Program-made: the position numbers and the translations under genes
Notes under the pieces: model-generated
Told to the model about the DNA's origin: nothing
Database searches by the model: none
What the model saw: only the letters and a program-made list of their open reading frames with translations
Part shown: positions 1-10,615 of the stretch, piece after piece
How the letters are laid out: every line of letters starts with the position of its first letter
How positions within the stretch are numbered: position 1 is the first letter of the stretch
Source of the DNA: Octopus sinensis
Lineage: Eukaryota
DNA: 64,000 bases
Assembly (NCBI RefSeq): GCF_006345805.1
Contig: NC_043002.1
Coordinates: forward strand, 120,280,001 to 120,344,000
Direction of reading: 5' to 3'

Positions 1-371
1 CTAAAAATATTCCATTGCAAATAAAACTCAATAAAACAGAATCAAGGTGATAAACACCTAGTGGTGTAATCAAGTCAAAGCATGTCGGGCGCCGAATTAA
101 ACCGTATTATGAAACTCCACGGCTCTATTTTAAAAATACTGCATATCACATATGTGAGAAATTATTGATGATAAGGACTTTAAGGATGTTTTCTTTTTTT
201 TAATATGTCCTTGATGGTTGATTTAGATTTCCGATTCGTCATTCATAGCATGCAAATATACGATACAAAATATTTCTCTTACCTAAAGTACTATGGTCAA
301 AGGTAACAAATGATTATTTTTCTGTTCTAAAAATGTTCTCATGTTTGAAAATCATTATTAAAATGCTAGAC

Positions 372-580
372 TAGTTTACAGAATTGTTTGCACGCCGTGA
401 AAATACTTAACGGCATTTCGTCAGTCTTTGCGTTCTTAGTTCAAATTCCGCCGAGGTTGACTTGGCTTTTCATCATTTCGGGGTTGATAAAATAAGTACC
501 GGTTGAGCACTGGGGTCGATGTAATCGATTCAGCCCCTCCCTTGATATTGCTGGCCTTGTACCAAAATTTCAAATCATTA
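372..580 (+). mobile_element. tRNA-derived SINE family B copy
   Basis: B-box-like gttcaaattcc followed by core gccgaggttgacttggcttttcatcatttcggggttgataaaataagtacc...ctggggtcgat, repeated several times in the window. Confidence 0.8.
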
Positions 581-790
581 TTTATTTCTTTATTGCCCAC
601 AGGGGGTTAAATATAGAGGGGACAAACAAGGACAAAGGGATTAATTCGATTGCATATACTTAATTAATTGACCCCGAAAGGGTGAAAGGCAAAGTCGACC
701 TCGGCGGAATTTGAACTCAGAACGTAACGGCTGACGAAATACGGCTACGCATTTCGCCCGGCGTGCCAACGTTTCCGCCAACTCGCCGCC
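581..790 (-). mobile_element. SINE family B copy (inverted, well preserved)
   Basis: Reverse complement starts ggcggcgagtttggcggaaacgttggcacg...gagttcaaattccgccgaggtcgactttgcctttc. Flanked by aaatcattatt at 572-582 and 796-806 (likely TSD). Confidence 0.85.
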
Positions 791-814
791 CATTTAAATC
801 ATTATTGAAATGCT

Positions 815-1005
815 TGGCCGTGAGCAGGCAGAATCGTCAGAACGGCGGTCGATATGCTTAGCCCATCTTCAAGTCCTAAGTTCAAACACTGCCGAGGTAG
901 ACTTTGCCTTTCATCCTTTCCGTATCGATAAATTAAGTACAAGTCAAGTACTGGGATCGATGTAACCAATACACCTCTCCTGGTGCCTATAGTAGAAAGG
1001 ATTAT
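815..1005 (+). mobile_element. SINE family B copy
   Basis: ggcagaatcgtcag...gttcaaacactgccgaggtagactttgcctttcatcctttccgtatcgataaattaagtac. Confidence 0.75.
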
Positions 1006-1039
1006 TAAAATACTAGAAAATAAAACAATAGTTTCTGAT

Positions 1040-1250
1040 TTAGGCACCAGGCCACAAGTTTTATGGGGAGAGCGTTAGTTGATACAAACCATCCCCCTAC
1101 ATAACTACACTTAGTACTTGATTTGTATCGATTCCAGAGGAAAGAAAGGCAAAGTTAACTTAGACGTGATCTGAACTCAGAAGGTGAAGAGCTGGTAGAA
1201 ATACTGAGAGTCTCTTTACGACCATCTAACGATTCAGCCTATCTACCACA
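1040..1250 (-). mobile_element. degenerate SINE family B copy
   Basis: aaaggcaaagttaacttagacgtgatctgaactcagaa is the reverse complement of the B core. Confidence 0.6.
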
Positions 1251-1256
1251 CTTATA

Positions 1257-1266
1257 TCATCATCAA

Positions 1267-1323
<57 letters not shown>
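1257..1323. repeat. (CAT)n microsatellite
   Basis: direct reading. Confidence 0.95.
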
Positions 1324-1324
<1 letters not shown>

Positions 1325-1400
1325 TACGTTAAACCAACAAATCAATATGAAACATTCTATTTAATATATATAATATATATATATACATGTTTTTTCGTAG

Positions 1401-1510
1401 GATTGGACTGACCACCAACTAAAATGGGCACCTGACCGTTACGGTGGATTGAAACATCTCGTCTTACCAACAGATAAAGTTTGGACTCCACAACTTCTTT
1501 TAGGCAATTC
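1401..1510 (+). CDS. Cys-loop (nAChR-like) channel subunit, internal exon A (110 bp, phase 0 to 2)
   Basis: tttttcgtag acceptor ending 1400 and GTAAGC donor at 1511. Translates DWTDHQLKWAPDRYGGLKHLVLPTDKVWTPQLLLGN(S), matching the nAChR pattern WxDxxLxWxPxxYGG...WxPDIxLYN. Below the ORF-track length cut-off. Confidence 0.92.
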
Positions 1511-1903
1511 GTAAGCATAATTATTTTGAGCTTTCAATGTTAACTTTCAAATATATTTTTCTATAAAATTTGTAATCTGCCTGAGTCGATAAGTGTCGGC
1601 CCCGTCCTCAATAGGTCTACCCTAATAAAGAAAATCCTCAATAGGTCTACCCTACACTCATCAGTCTTCTATTTAATCCAGAGAAAACATCATAAGCAAT
1701 AATACAAAAGAAAACGCTGGGCTACTGGTTTCTCTGGTGTAAGTGCTTTTCTACATTGTGTCTTAATTCCTGTTTTCTGATCCGAGTTGTTATGGTTTTA
1801 GTAGCAGAAGAAAGGGTTAATGTATATGAATTATATAAACACAATTTCAGCGTGGAACATTTTTATAAGCCATTTGTCAAATTATTTTCGTCGCAGTTTC
1901 AAA

Positions 1904-2160
1904 GCGTGGCTTAATGATTAAGGTATTCGACTCACGATCTTACGGTCGCGAGCTCAATTCTCAGCGAGGCGTTGCGTCTCTTGAGCAATACACTTTGTTT
2001 CACGTTGCTCCAGTCCACTCACCTGATAAAAATGAGTAGTACCTGTATTGCAAAGAGCCAGCTTGTGTCACATACTGTGACACGCTGAATGTCTCTGAGA
2101 ACTACATTAAAGGTAGTCGTGTCTGTGTAGTAATAAGCCACTTGCACGGTAATATCACGT
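1904..2160 (+). mobile_element. tRNA-derived SINE sharing the family-C 3' body but with a different head/core
   Basis: Head gcgtggcttaatgattaaggtattcgactc...; core ttgagcaatacactttgtttcacgttgctccagtccactc; body tacctgtattgcaaagagccagc...cacgctgaat...gagaactac...agccacttgcacg as in family C. Confidence 0.7.
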
Positions 2161-2359
2161 GAATTCTGATTTACATTATAATTTAAAGTGTTTCCTATAA
2201 AATACCTTCGGAAAAACTAAGCTGACCGATAATTGAAATTTCACTAATGTATGAAAGAGGTTATAGTTCAAATGGAATGTTTCTTTTTTTATAAATTCTC
2301 ATAGTTTATCGTTAATAGACATTCTGTATTTCTAAAGTTGCTTATTAAATGTTATCAGT

Positions 2360-2716
2360 AGGAGTGGCTGTGTGGTAAGTAGCTTGGTTATGAACCGCAT
2401 GGTTCCGGGTTCAGTCCCACTGCGTGGCACCTTGGGTAAGTGTCTTCTACTATAGCCTCGGACCGACCAAAGCCTTATGAGTGGATTTGGTAGATAGAAA
2501 CTGAAAAAAGCCCGTCGTATATATGTATATATATATATATATATGTGTGTGTGCATATGTTTATGTGTCTGTGTTTGTCCCAACATCGCTTGACAACCGA
2601 TGCTGGAGTGTTTACATCCCCGTAACTTAGCAGTTCGGCAAAAGAGACCGATAGAATAAGTACTAGGCTTACAAAAAATAAGTCCTGGGGTCGATTTGCT
2701 CGACTAAAAGCGGTGC
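2360..2716 (+). mobile_element. tRNA-derived SINE family A (3' tail truncated)
   Basis: aggagtggctgtgtggtaag...ggttcagtccc head, internal (TA)n(TG)n, 3' half ...gataGAATAAGTACT...ggggtcgat. Confidence 0.9.
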
Positions 2717-3093
2717 TTTTACCTTGAAAATTATTGATCTTGAAAAATCAAGATCAATAATTTGCATCAATATAAATCCGGTTTCTCCTGGTACGAGATA
2801 TTCAGTCAAACTGTAATTCTGTGATCTCACAATAACAATAAGTTTGTAGCAATAACAGATACACGTTGATAGTTGAGATCAATTCTGCTAAAGCCGTTTG
2901 CGAACTGTTAACTGCCATTTAGCTATGACTCATTTGTTAAATTGCTGCTTTACAAAGTGTCAACAAACACACACACACATGCATACATACATATACATAC
3001 ATATACATACATATATACATACACACACATATATACATACACACACACACATATATATATACACACACATAAATATATATGTGTGTGTGTGTG

Positions 3094-3129
<36 letters not shown>

Positions 3130-3167
3130 CATGTATATATAGAGAGAGAGATAGATAGATAGATAGT

Positions 3168-3340
3168 TCAAATTTACAGGAAACAAAAGACGTGAAGAAA
3201 CAAGCAGATGTATTAGTTTAACGAAGAATAGAAAACTTTTTGGCGTTTCGAGCCTAAGATCTTCCACAGAAAGGATTGAGAGGGAAAAAACTGAGGGAGA
3301 AAAATTCTGTAGGGATTAACGGTTCAACATGATAAAATCT
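3168..3340 (-). mobile_element. Penelope-type terminal-repeat fragment (related to 50130-50345)
   Basis: Reverse complement ...cctttctgtggaagatcttaggctcgaaacgcc...taatacatctgcttgttt parallels the 50130-50345 repeat. Embedded next to (GA)/(GATA) microsatellite. Confidence 0.5.
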
Positions 3341-3449
3341 TACGTATGTGCGTTCTTGTGTGTGGATGCATGTATGTACATACTAGGTATAGTTGTGCGT
3401 TAATGTGTACATTTCAATGCAACTAAAAATTTGGTATATTTCACGGAAA

Positions 3450-4815
3450 ATGTTTAATATCGCGGACAATGCCAAATTCAATATATTGATGGCAGACCCC
3501 ATCAGAGTAATGAGAAATGTGTTCCGCATATGCGACCCAATAGAGTTAAAGAGACACATACAACACTTCGTTCGCCGCATGCAGTTCTCAGTTTACTGCC
3601 ATAGAGAAAGGATCAGGGTATACAATGGAGCCATGAGGGAATTTGAAACTACCATAGTTAACGACTGGAATGTTATTTGCCCACTCTATAGGAGCAAGCC
3701 ATAGAATACCATTGGACTAAAAAGTCTATAAGAAGGTTAACTCATGGTATGATAGCCACAAATACCAGAATGTCATGTTCGTCGACACCACCCCTAGAGG
3801 AGAACTGGCGTACCTAGACAAGATTTAGCGAAGAATTAAGGTTGTAGAAAGGTCAGTAGAACTTACCCTTTTGAAAGAACCCCACTGTACTGATAAGAAC
3901 TGTATTATATGTAGATTTAAACCACAAACACACTGTAAAGCTCAGAATGTAGTCTATAGTATAAGAAATACAGAGAGAGGGTGCAGAAACAAGACAAGGA
4001 CGTACGCAGGGGAGACAGTACGGAGCATAGGAGAACGGGTAAATAACCATTGGAGGGAACTTAAGAAGGAGAAGAGTTCATTGGTTCTATACCAGCAGGC
4101 CGAACAGGAACACAGGAGCTCACTCAACAACATAGAAGTTAAAATCTTGTCCATACACAGAACAGACGCAACGCTTAGACAAATTACGGATTCTACACAC
4201 ATAATAGATGAACCTAGCCTAAATAGAAAACTAGAATGGAACAGAAGCATACTCCACACACACACCACAACCTATGACAGAACAAGATCCCCATAGACTA
4301 ATGATAATCTGAAACTAATACAATAGACAGATAAATAAATGGAATTAAATAATTACATACATAAACAAAATATAATAAATTAAATTAATACAAACAAGAA
4401 AGAAATGAAAAATTAAGTAGACAAAACAAATTATTAAGATGAATAAAAGTAAATTAAGCGAACGTATATAAACAGGGGGTACTAATAATGCAGGTACCAT
4501 ACACATTCCCACACACAGACTTACTAAACATTGACACACACAGACTTACTAAACATTGACACACACAGGGATATACGCATGCGCAAATAGAGGCACATGC
4601 AACAGGAATAAAAAATGGCAGATCGTTAAAAAGAAAAGACACAACAAAGAAAGAACAAAGCAAAGGACCACTGATGAAGTCACAGAAATGTGACGAAAGA
4701 ACTCTGGCCGAAATACAATTAATATAAAATAAAGCTGAAGCAAGTGAACACCAAATATATAGTGCGTGTGTTTTCATTGGCTAAACTGGCAACATGACCG
4801 TCTCCAAATACAACA
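3450..4815 (+). mobile_element. Penelope-like retroelement, 5'-truncated (RT C-terminus, C-terminal GIY-YIG endonuclease, 3' pLTR)
   Basis: ORF 3871-4296: CTDKNCIIC...CKAQNVVYSI...YAGETVRSIGERVNNH...LRQITD..I..EPSLNRKLEW (GIY-YIG pattern). Upstream ORF 3393-3704 resembles the PLE RT thumb (RMQFSVY...PLYRSK). Hammerhead downstream. Confidence 0.85.
4665..4709 (+). ncRNA. minimal type-I hammerhead ribozyme motif (canonical C3-G8 core)
   Basis: GGACCA-CUGAUGA-A-GUCACA[GAAA]UGUGAC-GAAA-G-AA-C-UC-UGGCC; predicted cleavage after C4704. Confidence 0.8.
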
Positions 4816-4824
4816 ATATATATA

Positions 4825-4876
<52 letters not shown>

Positions 4877-5992
4877 TAATAAATAAATAAAACATATGCA
4901 TATATACATACATATATGTACTACCTACCTCTACATGTATATATACATGCATATATGGGTTCAGGACACCAAAAACACGTTGAACACAATGAGAAACGAA
5001 AACATAAACACAAAACCAAGGAAATGGACATTTTTTTTAAACAACGAAAAATAGAGTACAGGACATACAAAACAAGGAAAATTCCACTTCTTCAGTCGCC
5101 TTTGTTTCATTTACTCCATGTTTCGAAGGTGAAGGCGATACATGACTTTAATGAAACATTCCTTCCCGCGAAAATCAAATTAAATAAAATTTGAGATTTT
5201 TTTGCGGAGGGGTAAAAATGTTAACAAAAACAGGACAGTAACGACAGTACAAAATATAAACAGTAAAAGACAGGACACGGAGAATAACAGTAACACAAAC
5301 AAGAAGGGCTGTTAAGCCGAACGAGATAAGAAATTTTACGAACGCTATATTTTGAGAACGGCGAGGGAGCAACAGATTGGCCGTCTCTACTAAAAGGTAG
5401 CCAGGAGAAGAAAGACAGTAGTAGCCTTCTCATCACGTGTCCGTGACGGGAGGGAGGAGGAGGAGTAAGAGAAAGGGAGAGAAAAAAGGAAATGGTTGTA
5501 GAGAAAAGAATGAAGAATGAGTGAGAGAGAGGGAGAGACAGTAAGGTAGAAGAAAAGGAAAGCCCCTTTAAGGCTGCATCGTTATGCCTGGGTGGTGGGA
5601 TGGCAGATACAGTAGACAGATATTTATTTAAACAATATTTCTTTGGTCTTATTTAGCTGTCGATTCATCTCCTTCCTGGATTTACTATTTATTGCAACTC
5701 TCAAGGTTATATAATACAATAACAGGCATATCCTGAAATATATTTTCTCGCCACATTTGTAGCATTTTTAATGTTGTTGAGAGACTAATGCGTTCAAATT
5801 GATATTAATTTCTGGTAAATTTCTTCAGCAAAATTCAGTGGCCAAGTTTAAAAATACATTATGAAAGACTTTGCAAGACAAGAAAATCTACTTTCGAATA
5901 ACTGTCTGTATGTGTAAACAAAAGAATGTCTTAATAAAATCGTTCAAATGTACAGGGTACTAACATATGTTTCGCTTGTTCATTCTGTTCAG

Positions 5993-6207
5993 AGCCAGCA
6001 ACTTCAAGGATTTAACGAAAGAAAAGTTGCAACTAAAGGTTTATTGGAACGGCGAAGTAGAGTGGTCTCCAGGTGGACAAATGACTGTCTCCTGTAGACT
6101 TAATATCACTAGTTTCCCGTTTGATCGCCAGACTTGCAGTATAGTGTTTGGGTCTTGGACAGAAGATGCAAATGCGATTGTCTTCAAGCCACGCAGTGAA
6201 AAGATAG
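5993..6207 (+). CDS. Cys-loop channel subunit, exon B (Cys-loop and loop B; 215 bp, phase 2 to 1)
   Basis: ttctgttcag acceptor and G|GTAAGA donor. TC+A joins exon A in frame. Contains the C-x13-C loop CRLNITSFPFDRQTC and FGSWTED. Confidence 0.95.
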
Positions 6208-6356
6208 GTAAGAACATTGCTAATCATACTTTATATAAAAGGCTTTTATTCACAATTTTGTGCTGGTTTCCTATAAGCAGATTGTTTAGTTTCTTCCATA
6301 TATTGTAAAATACTCACACAGTCGTACACAACACTCACACACACACACACACACAC

Positions 6357-6443
<87 letters not shown>

Positions 6444-6795
6444 CCAAGGCTTGGGCCCCGTGCCATCCGCCCAAAACAAAAATCGCACTCTCATCTCATA
6501 ACAACAATACGGCACAATTATTTCACCGCAATTGGCCCCGCTCTCTTTAACATTACACCAAAACACATTAAAACAGAAACTGACCCTATAGGGTTCAAGA
6601 AGTCTTTGGACAGATTCCTTCAAGAAATCCCGGATAAACCCCCTACATCCGGATATGTCTCTGTAAACAATAACTCTCTACTTGAGTGGGCCATAGTGCC
6701 CAAATTCTGACTTGAAAGACTTCACCAGGTGGTGCTATTAAGTTAGACATGGCCTGGGCCAATAATGGCCGAAACCTATCAAAGTATCAAAGTAT
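6444..6795 (+). mobile_element. CR1-group LINE 3' end fragment
   Basis: Translates PRLGPRAIRPKQKS...IRHNYFTAIGPALFNI...FKKSLDRFLQEIPDKP...NNSLLEW, homologous to the end of the 50440-53700 LINE. Ends in a stem-loop plus (ATCAAAGT)2 tail. Confidence 0.85.
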
Positions 6796-6908
6796 ATGTA
6801 AATATATATATATATATATATATACGCGCACTTAGGCATATATATGTGTGTGAGGTTTCTCACCATGTCTGTGTATGTTTGTATATGTATATATATATAT
6901 ATATATAT

Positions 6909-6961
<53 letters not shown>

Positions 6962-7091
6962 TATATATATATATATATATACGTACATATACATATATAT
7001 GTATGTATATATATGTATATACATATATACATATATATATATACATATATATTATACACACACATATATATATATACACACACACACACAG

Positions 7092-7123
<32 letters not shown>

Positions 7124-7209
7124 TATATATATGCGTGCAATTACTGTTTTCCAAAACGTAGCAATGCATACAATCTATTAATAGGAATACAGATACGAAT
7201 ATGTGTATG

Positions 7210-7246
<37 letters not shown>

Positions 7247-7899
7247 CACACGCGCAATTTCTTCACTAGCATGTAGTATGCTTCTCAGTTTTCAATACAT
7301 CACGTCCTGTAGGAGTTTTCTATCAAATGTATCGATCTCACTTCTACTATCATTGTACATGTGTGCTTGTATAGTAAGTTTTATTGAAAAGAAAGAAAAT
7401 ATTAAAGTGAAAATCGAAAACAAGATTTTTATAACATTAGTTTGTTTTGCTTTGTTTTTTTGCGAATTCGTGTAGCAGTACAAATGTTATTTTCATGTTT
7501 ATCTTTTGTTTTTATACGAAAAGCCAACGATCGATACCCATCGAATTGTGTTGGTAGTGTAATCCTTCTTATTTCTCAATACTCTACATTTCTTACAAAC
7601 TGCATTAGAAATATACGTTGGTGTTACAGACACTAAGTTAGCACAACATATTGTAGTATTTATAATAATAAAAGGAATCTTGCTATGAAAAGGTGGATAT
7701 ATCTATCGTTTTTGTCTGATGTTGTTTTTTGGCAAAACATTACGTATGTAAGTCTGAGTGCATACTTATGTGCATTGTGTCTTGTAAGAAAAGTATTTGT
7801 ACTTAGCGTTCTAATCTCTAGCATATGAACATCCATATGTGTATATATATATATTTTATATATGTATGTATATGCATATATGTATGCACGTATGTATAT

Positions 7900-7961
<62 letters not shown>

Positions 7962-8514
7962 GTGTGAGAGTGTGTGTGTGAGAGAGCGAGAATACATATA
8001 CGTATGTGTATATATGTTTATATGTGTTGTGCTTGCATGTATGTACATGCATACATATAGAAGGGATGTGCCTACTAATATATACCGGGGAGGCTATAAT
8101 TTAACAAAGGTTTCAATACATGTTCTGTGTGGGGTGTATATGTTTTGTATTAGCAAAAGTCGTAGGGGATAGTTATCCGTTATTATCAATTCCCTGAACT
8201 TGTGAAACAAGAGATCCTTTCATAGAGGCATTCTGTTTCTAATATATATGTATATTAGTCTTTTACTTTTCTCATTCATTTGACTATAATCATCGAATGG
8301 CAATGTCTTTGACAATTGAGTCGAACAAATAGAATCCAGTATTTCCATTTTTTAGTTTGTCACTATTATTATCGGTTTCTTTTGCTAGCCGTCAATTACG
8401 GGAACCTTTACAGACTAAACCGATTGTCGAGAGGTCGAGAAACAAAGATGAGCATGTACCCCCCCCCATATATATAACTATATATAAAGGAGATTACGGC
8501 TGGTTCTGACTACG

Positions 8515-8555
8515 CTGCATTGATAAAGGGCAACAACCCTGAAACATGTCTGCAG
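8515..8555 (+). ncRNA. minimal type-I hammerhead ribozyme motif with U3-A8 core variant
   Basis: CUGCA-UUGAUAA-AGGG[CAACAA]CCCU-GAAA-CAUG-UC-UGCAG: perfect 5-bp helix I, 4-bp helix II, palindromic ACAUGU helix III. Confidence 0.75.
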
Positions 8556-8724
8556 ATGTCTGACTAGCAAGGTGAAGCGGCAGACCTCCCCTGTTCGAAG
8601 GTTGTAATGGACGCAGGTTCATGTGTCATGTAGCTAGCTAGAGGCGATGGCCTCTTGGAGCTAATCAGCGACAGCTTTAGTCTTATATTTATAGACTGCC
8701 ATATTAGTATGGCGATAACTATTA

Positions 8725-8755
<31 letters not shown>

Positions 8756-8799
8756 GTGGCTGTATGATAAGAAGCTTGCTTCCCAATCACAGTTGCAGT

Positions 8800-9420
8800 T
8801 TTACCTTGTTTCTTATACTTCGGGGTTATGACATGTGCAGATTGGAGTATGCTTCGTGTCGTTCTTTCCTGTTATTAATGGCAGGTTTGAATTTGCTTAT
8901 AAGGAGAACCTCCATGATTCTAAGATTGCCTTTGTTGCGTAGGGTGGCTCAGATGAAATCTTTAGAATTATGAGTTTTGCCCTTCTTTTATATCGATGTT
9001 CTTTTATATGGATATGAAATTTCCTGGTGATGTTCACTATGAAGGATGCCCCACATATAACGCAGACTACTTTGTATGCCACATAGACCGTCGAGCACGT
9101 TCTGATAGGGCAATTGGTTAGTGTCTACCCCAACAATGCTATCTGTGGTATTATTCCTCGACAGAAATTTCCCCAGGGATTGGCCGGTGTGTGCACCATC
9201 TACATGTCGAGTTCCTCCCAGCGGATCGCATGTTTTATAGTTACAGGTGTTTAGTTGTCGAAGTAGGGCAGTTTAAGGAAGCATTTTCCGACTTCGGATT
9301 ATGGGCCGTCTTATGTAGCTTACTCACTTTTATGTTTCGAATATTCAGTCGCTTAGATACAGATGGCGCGTAGCCGTAGTGTGCTAAGTTCTCGAGGAAG
9401 GGCTTGGTGTTGGGAAGCTA
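8800..9420 (-). mobile_element. Penelope-like element remnant (GIY-YIG region)
   Basis: Minus-strand translation VAYKVVCVICGASFI...TRKFHIHIKEH, then NLRIMEVLLISKFKPAINNRKE. Flanked by (TA)n. Confidence 0.75.
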
Positions 9421-9451
9421 GCAACATATATATATATCTATATATACATAT

Positions 9452-9570
<119 letters not shown>

Positions 9571-9669
9571 ATGGAAGTCGATGAAATCAACAAAGCCCCT
9601 TCCTTAAAGTTGCTGCTGTTGCGCTAAACTTGAAGCAATTATTATCATTACAATTAAAAGTATTTGAAC

Positions 9670-9805
9670 TGCTAAGATCTGTCGGAATCGTTAGCGCGTT
9701 GGACAAAATGCTTCGTGGCAGTTACTGTGGCTTATCACGTTTGTTCAAATTCCTCTGAGGCCGACGTTGCATTTCAGCTTCACGAGTTTGATAAAATAAG
9801 TACCA
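9670..9805 (+). mobile_element. SINE family B fragment
   Basis: ggaatcgttagcgcgttggacaaaatgctt...gttcaaattcctctgaggccgac...gataaaataagtacc. Confidence 0.7.
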
Positions 9806-10144
9806 TTATTATTCTTGTTGTGTTGGTTGTTATATTGTTGTTATATAAGTATGACTTACTCCTAAGTCATACCCTGTATGTTTTCATGTCAGATGATATC
9901 TTTGTCGTTCCTCCTTTCAGGCAAATACAAAGTAACAGATTGAGAGTGATATTATACTAATATTATAAATCATAACTATCGTTGTTTTCTTATCAATAAG
10001 AACAAGAATAATAATGGTAATGATGGGTATGGTTGTTTTCTAAATGATATGTGTTGTTATTGTCATGGTTCATATTGTTATAACTCGTCTTCATTCAGAG
10101 ATAACAATGTCACTTCAGTGCAGAATTTTCTTCTTGTTTTCCAG

Positions 10145-10474
10145 AATTTGACCATTACGTTGAAAACAATGAATGGGAAATTGAAAGCACTATGACAGGC
10201 AATTTAAAAGTCAACCATCAATCGAGAGAAAGTGAGAAAACCTACAGTAATGCTGTTTTCTCGATAAAACTAAAGAGACGGCGTACATTCCACATAGTGT
10301 CTACCTACATCCCGTTCGTACTTCTAGCATTGCTTAATCTAGCCGCTCATGTTGTTCCAGTCATGTCAGGCGAAAAACTTATGCTAGCAACGACCACTTT
10401 GCTAGCATATGCCGTACTTCTAAACGACATCAATCGAAAGATTCCAGGAAACTCCGCCACCACATCAGTTCTTG
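10145..10474 (+). CDS. Cys-loop channel subunit, exon C (loops F/C, TM1, TM2, M2-M3 loop; 330 bp, phase 1 to 1)
   Basis: ttcttgttttccag acceptor and G|GTTAGT donor. G+AA joins exon B in frame. Reads FDHYVENNEWEI...YSNAVFSIKLKRR-TFHIVSTYIPFVLLALLNLAAHVVPVMSGEKLMLATTTLLAYAVLLNDINRKIPGNSATTSVL. Confidence 0.95.
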
Positions 10475-10570
10475 GTTAGTGAGACACATTTTTTTACTAT
10501 TTAAACCTCAATTTTCTTACCTCCAATTTTATTTCTCTCTGTTCCTTTCTCTCTTTCTTTCGTTTGTGTA

Positions 10571-10615
<45 letters not shown>

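Noticed and set aside
249-302. Phase-0 54-bp AG...GT segment (HANIRYKIFLLPKVLWSK) as the exon before exon A
   Set aside because: It is phase-compatible but does not match the expected loop D pattern (DExxQxxxxxxWLxxxW), and the splice signals are weak.
1605-1654. Short tandem duplications (also 4510-4567, 30346-30393, 43762-43800)
   Set aside because: These are ordinary 15-25 bp slippage duplications with no further structure.
3238-3275. Minus-strand hammerhead-like motif
   Set aside because: The core reads CUGUGGA, helix II is mismatched and the cleavage triplet is GCC; it is a decayed relative of 50208-50242.
6750-6780. ggcca-ataa-tggcc-GAAAC as a hammerhead
   Set aside because: There is no CUGANGA or UUGANAA core; it is better explained as the CR1-type 3' stem-loop.
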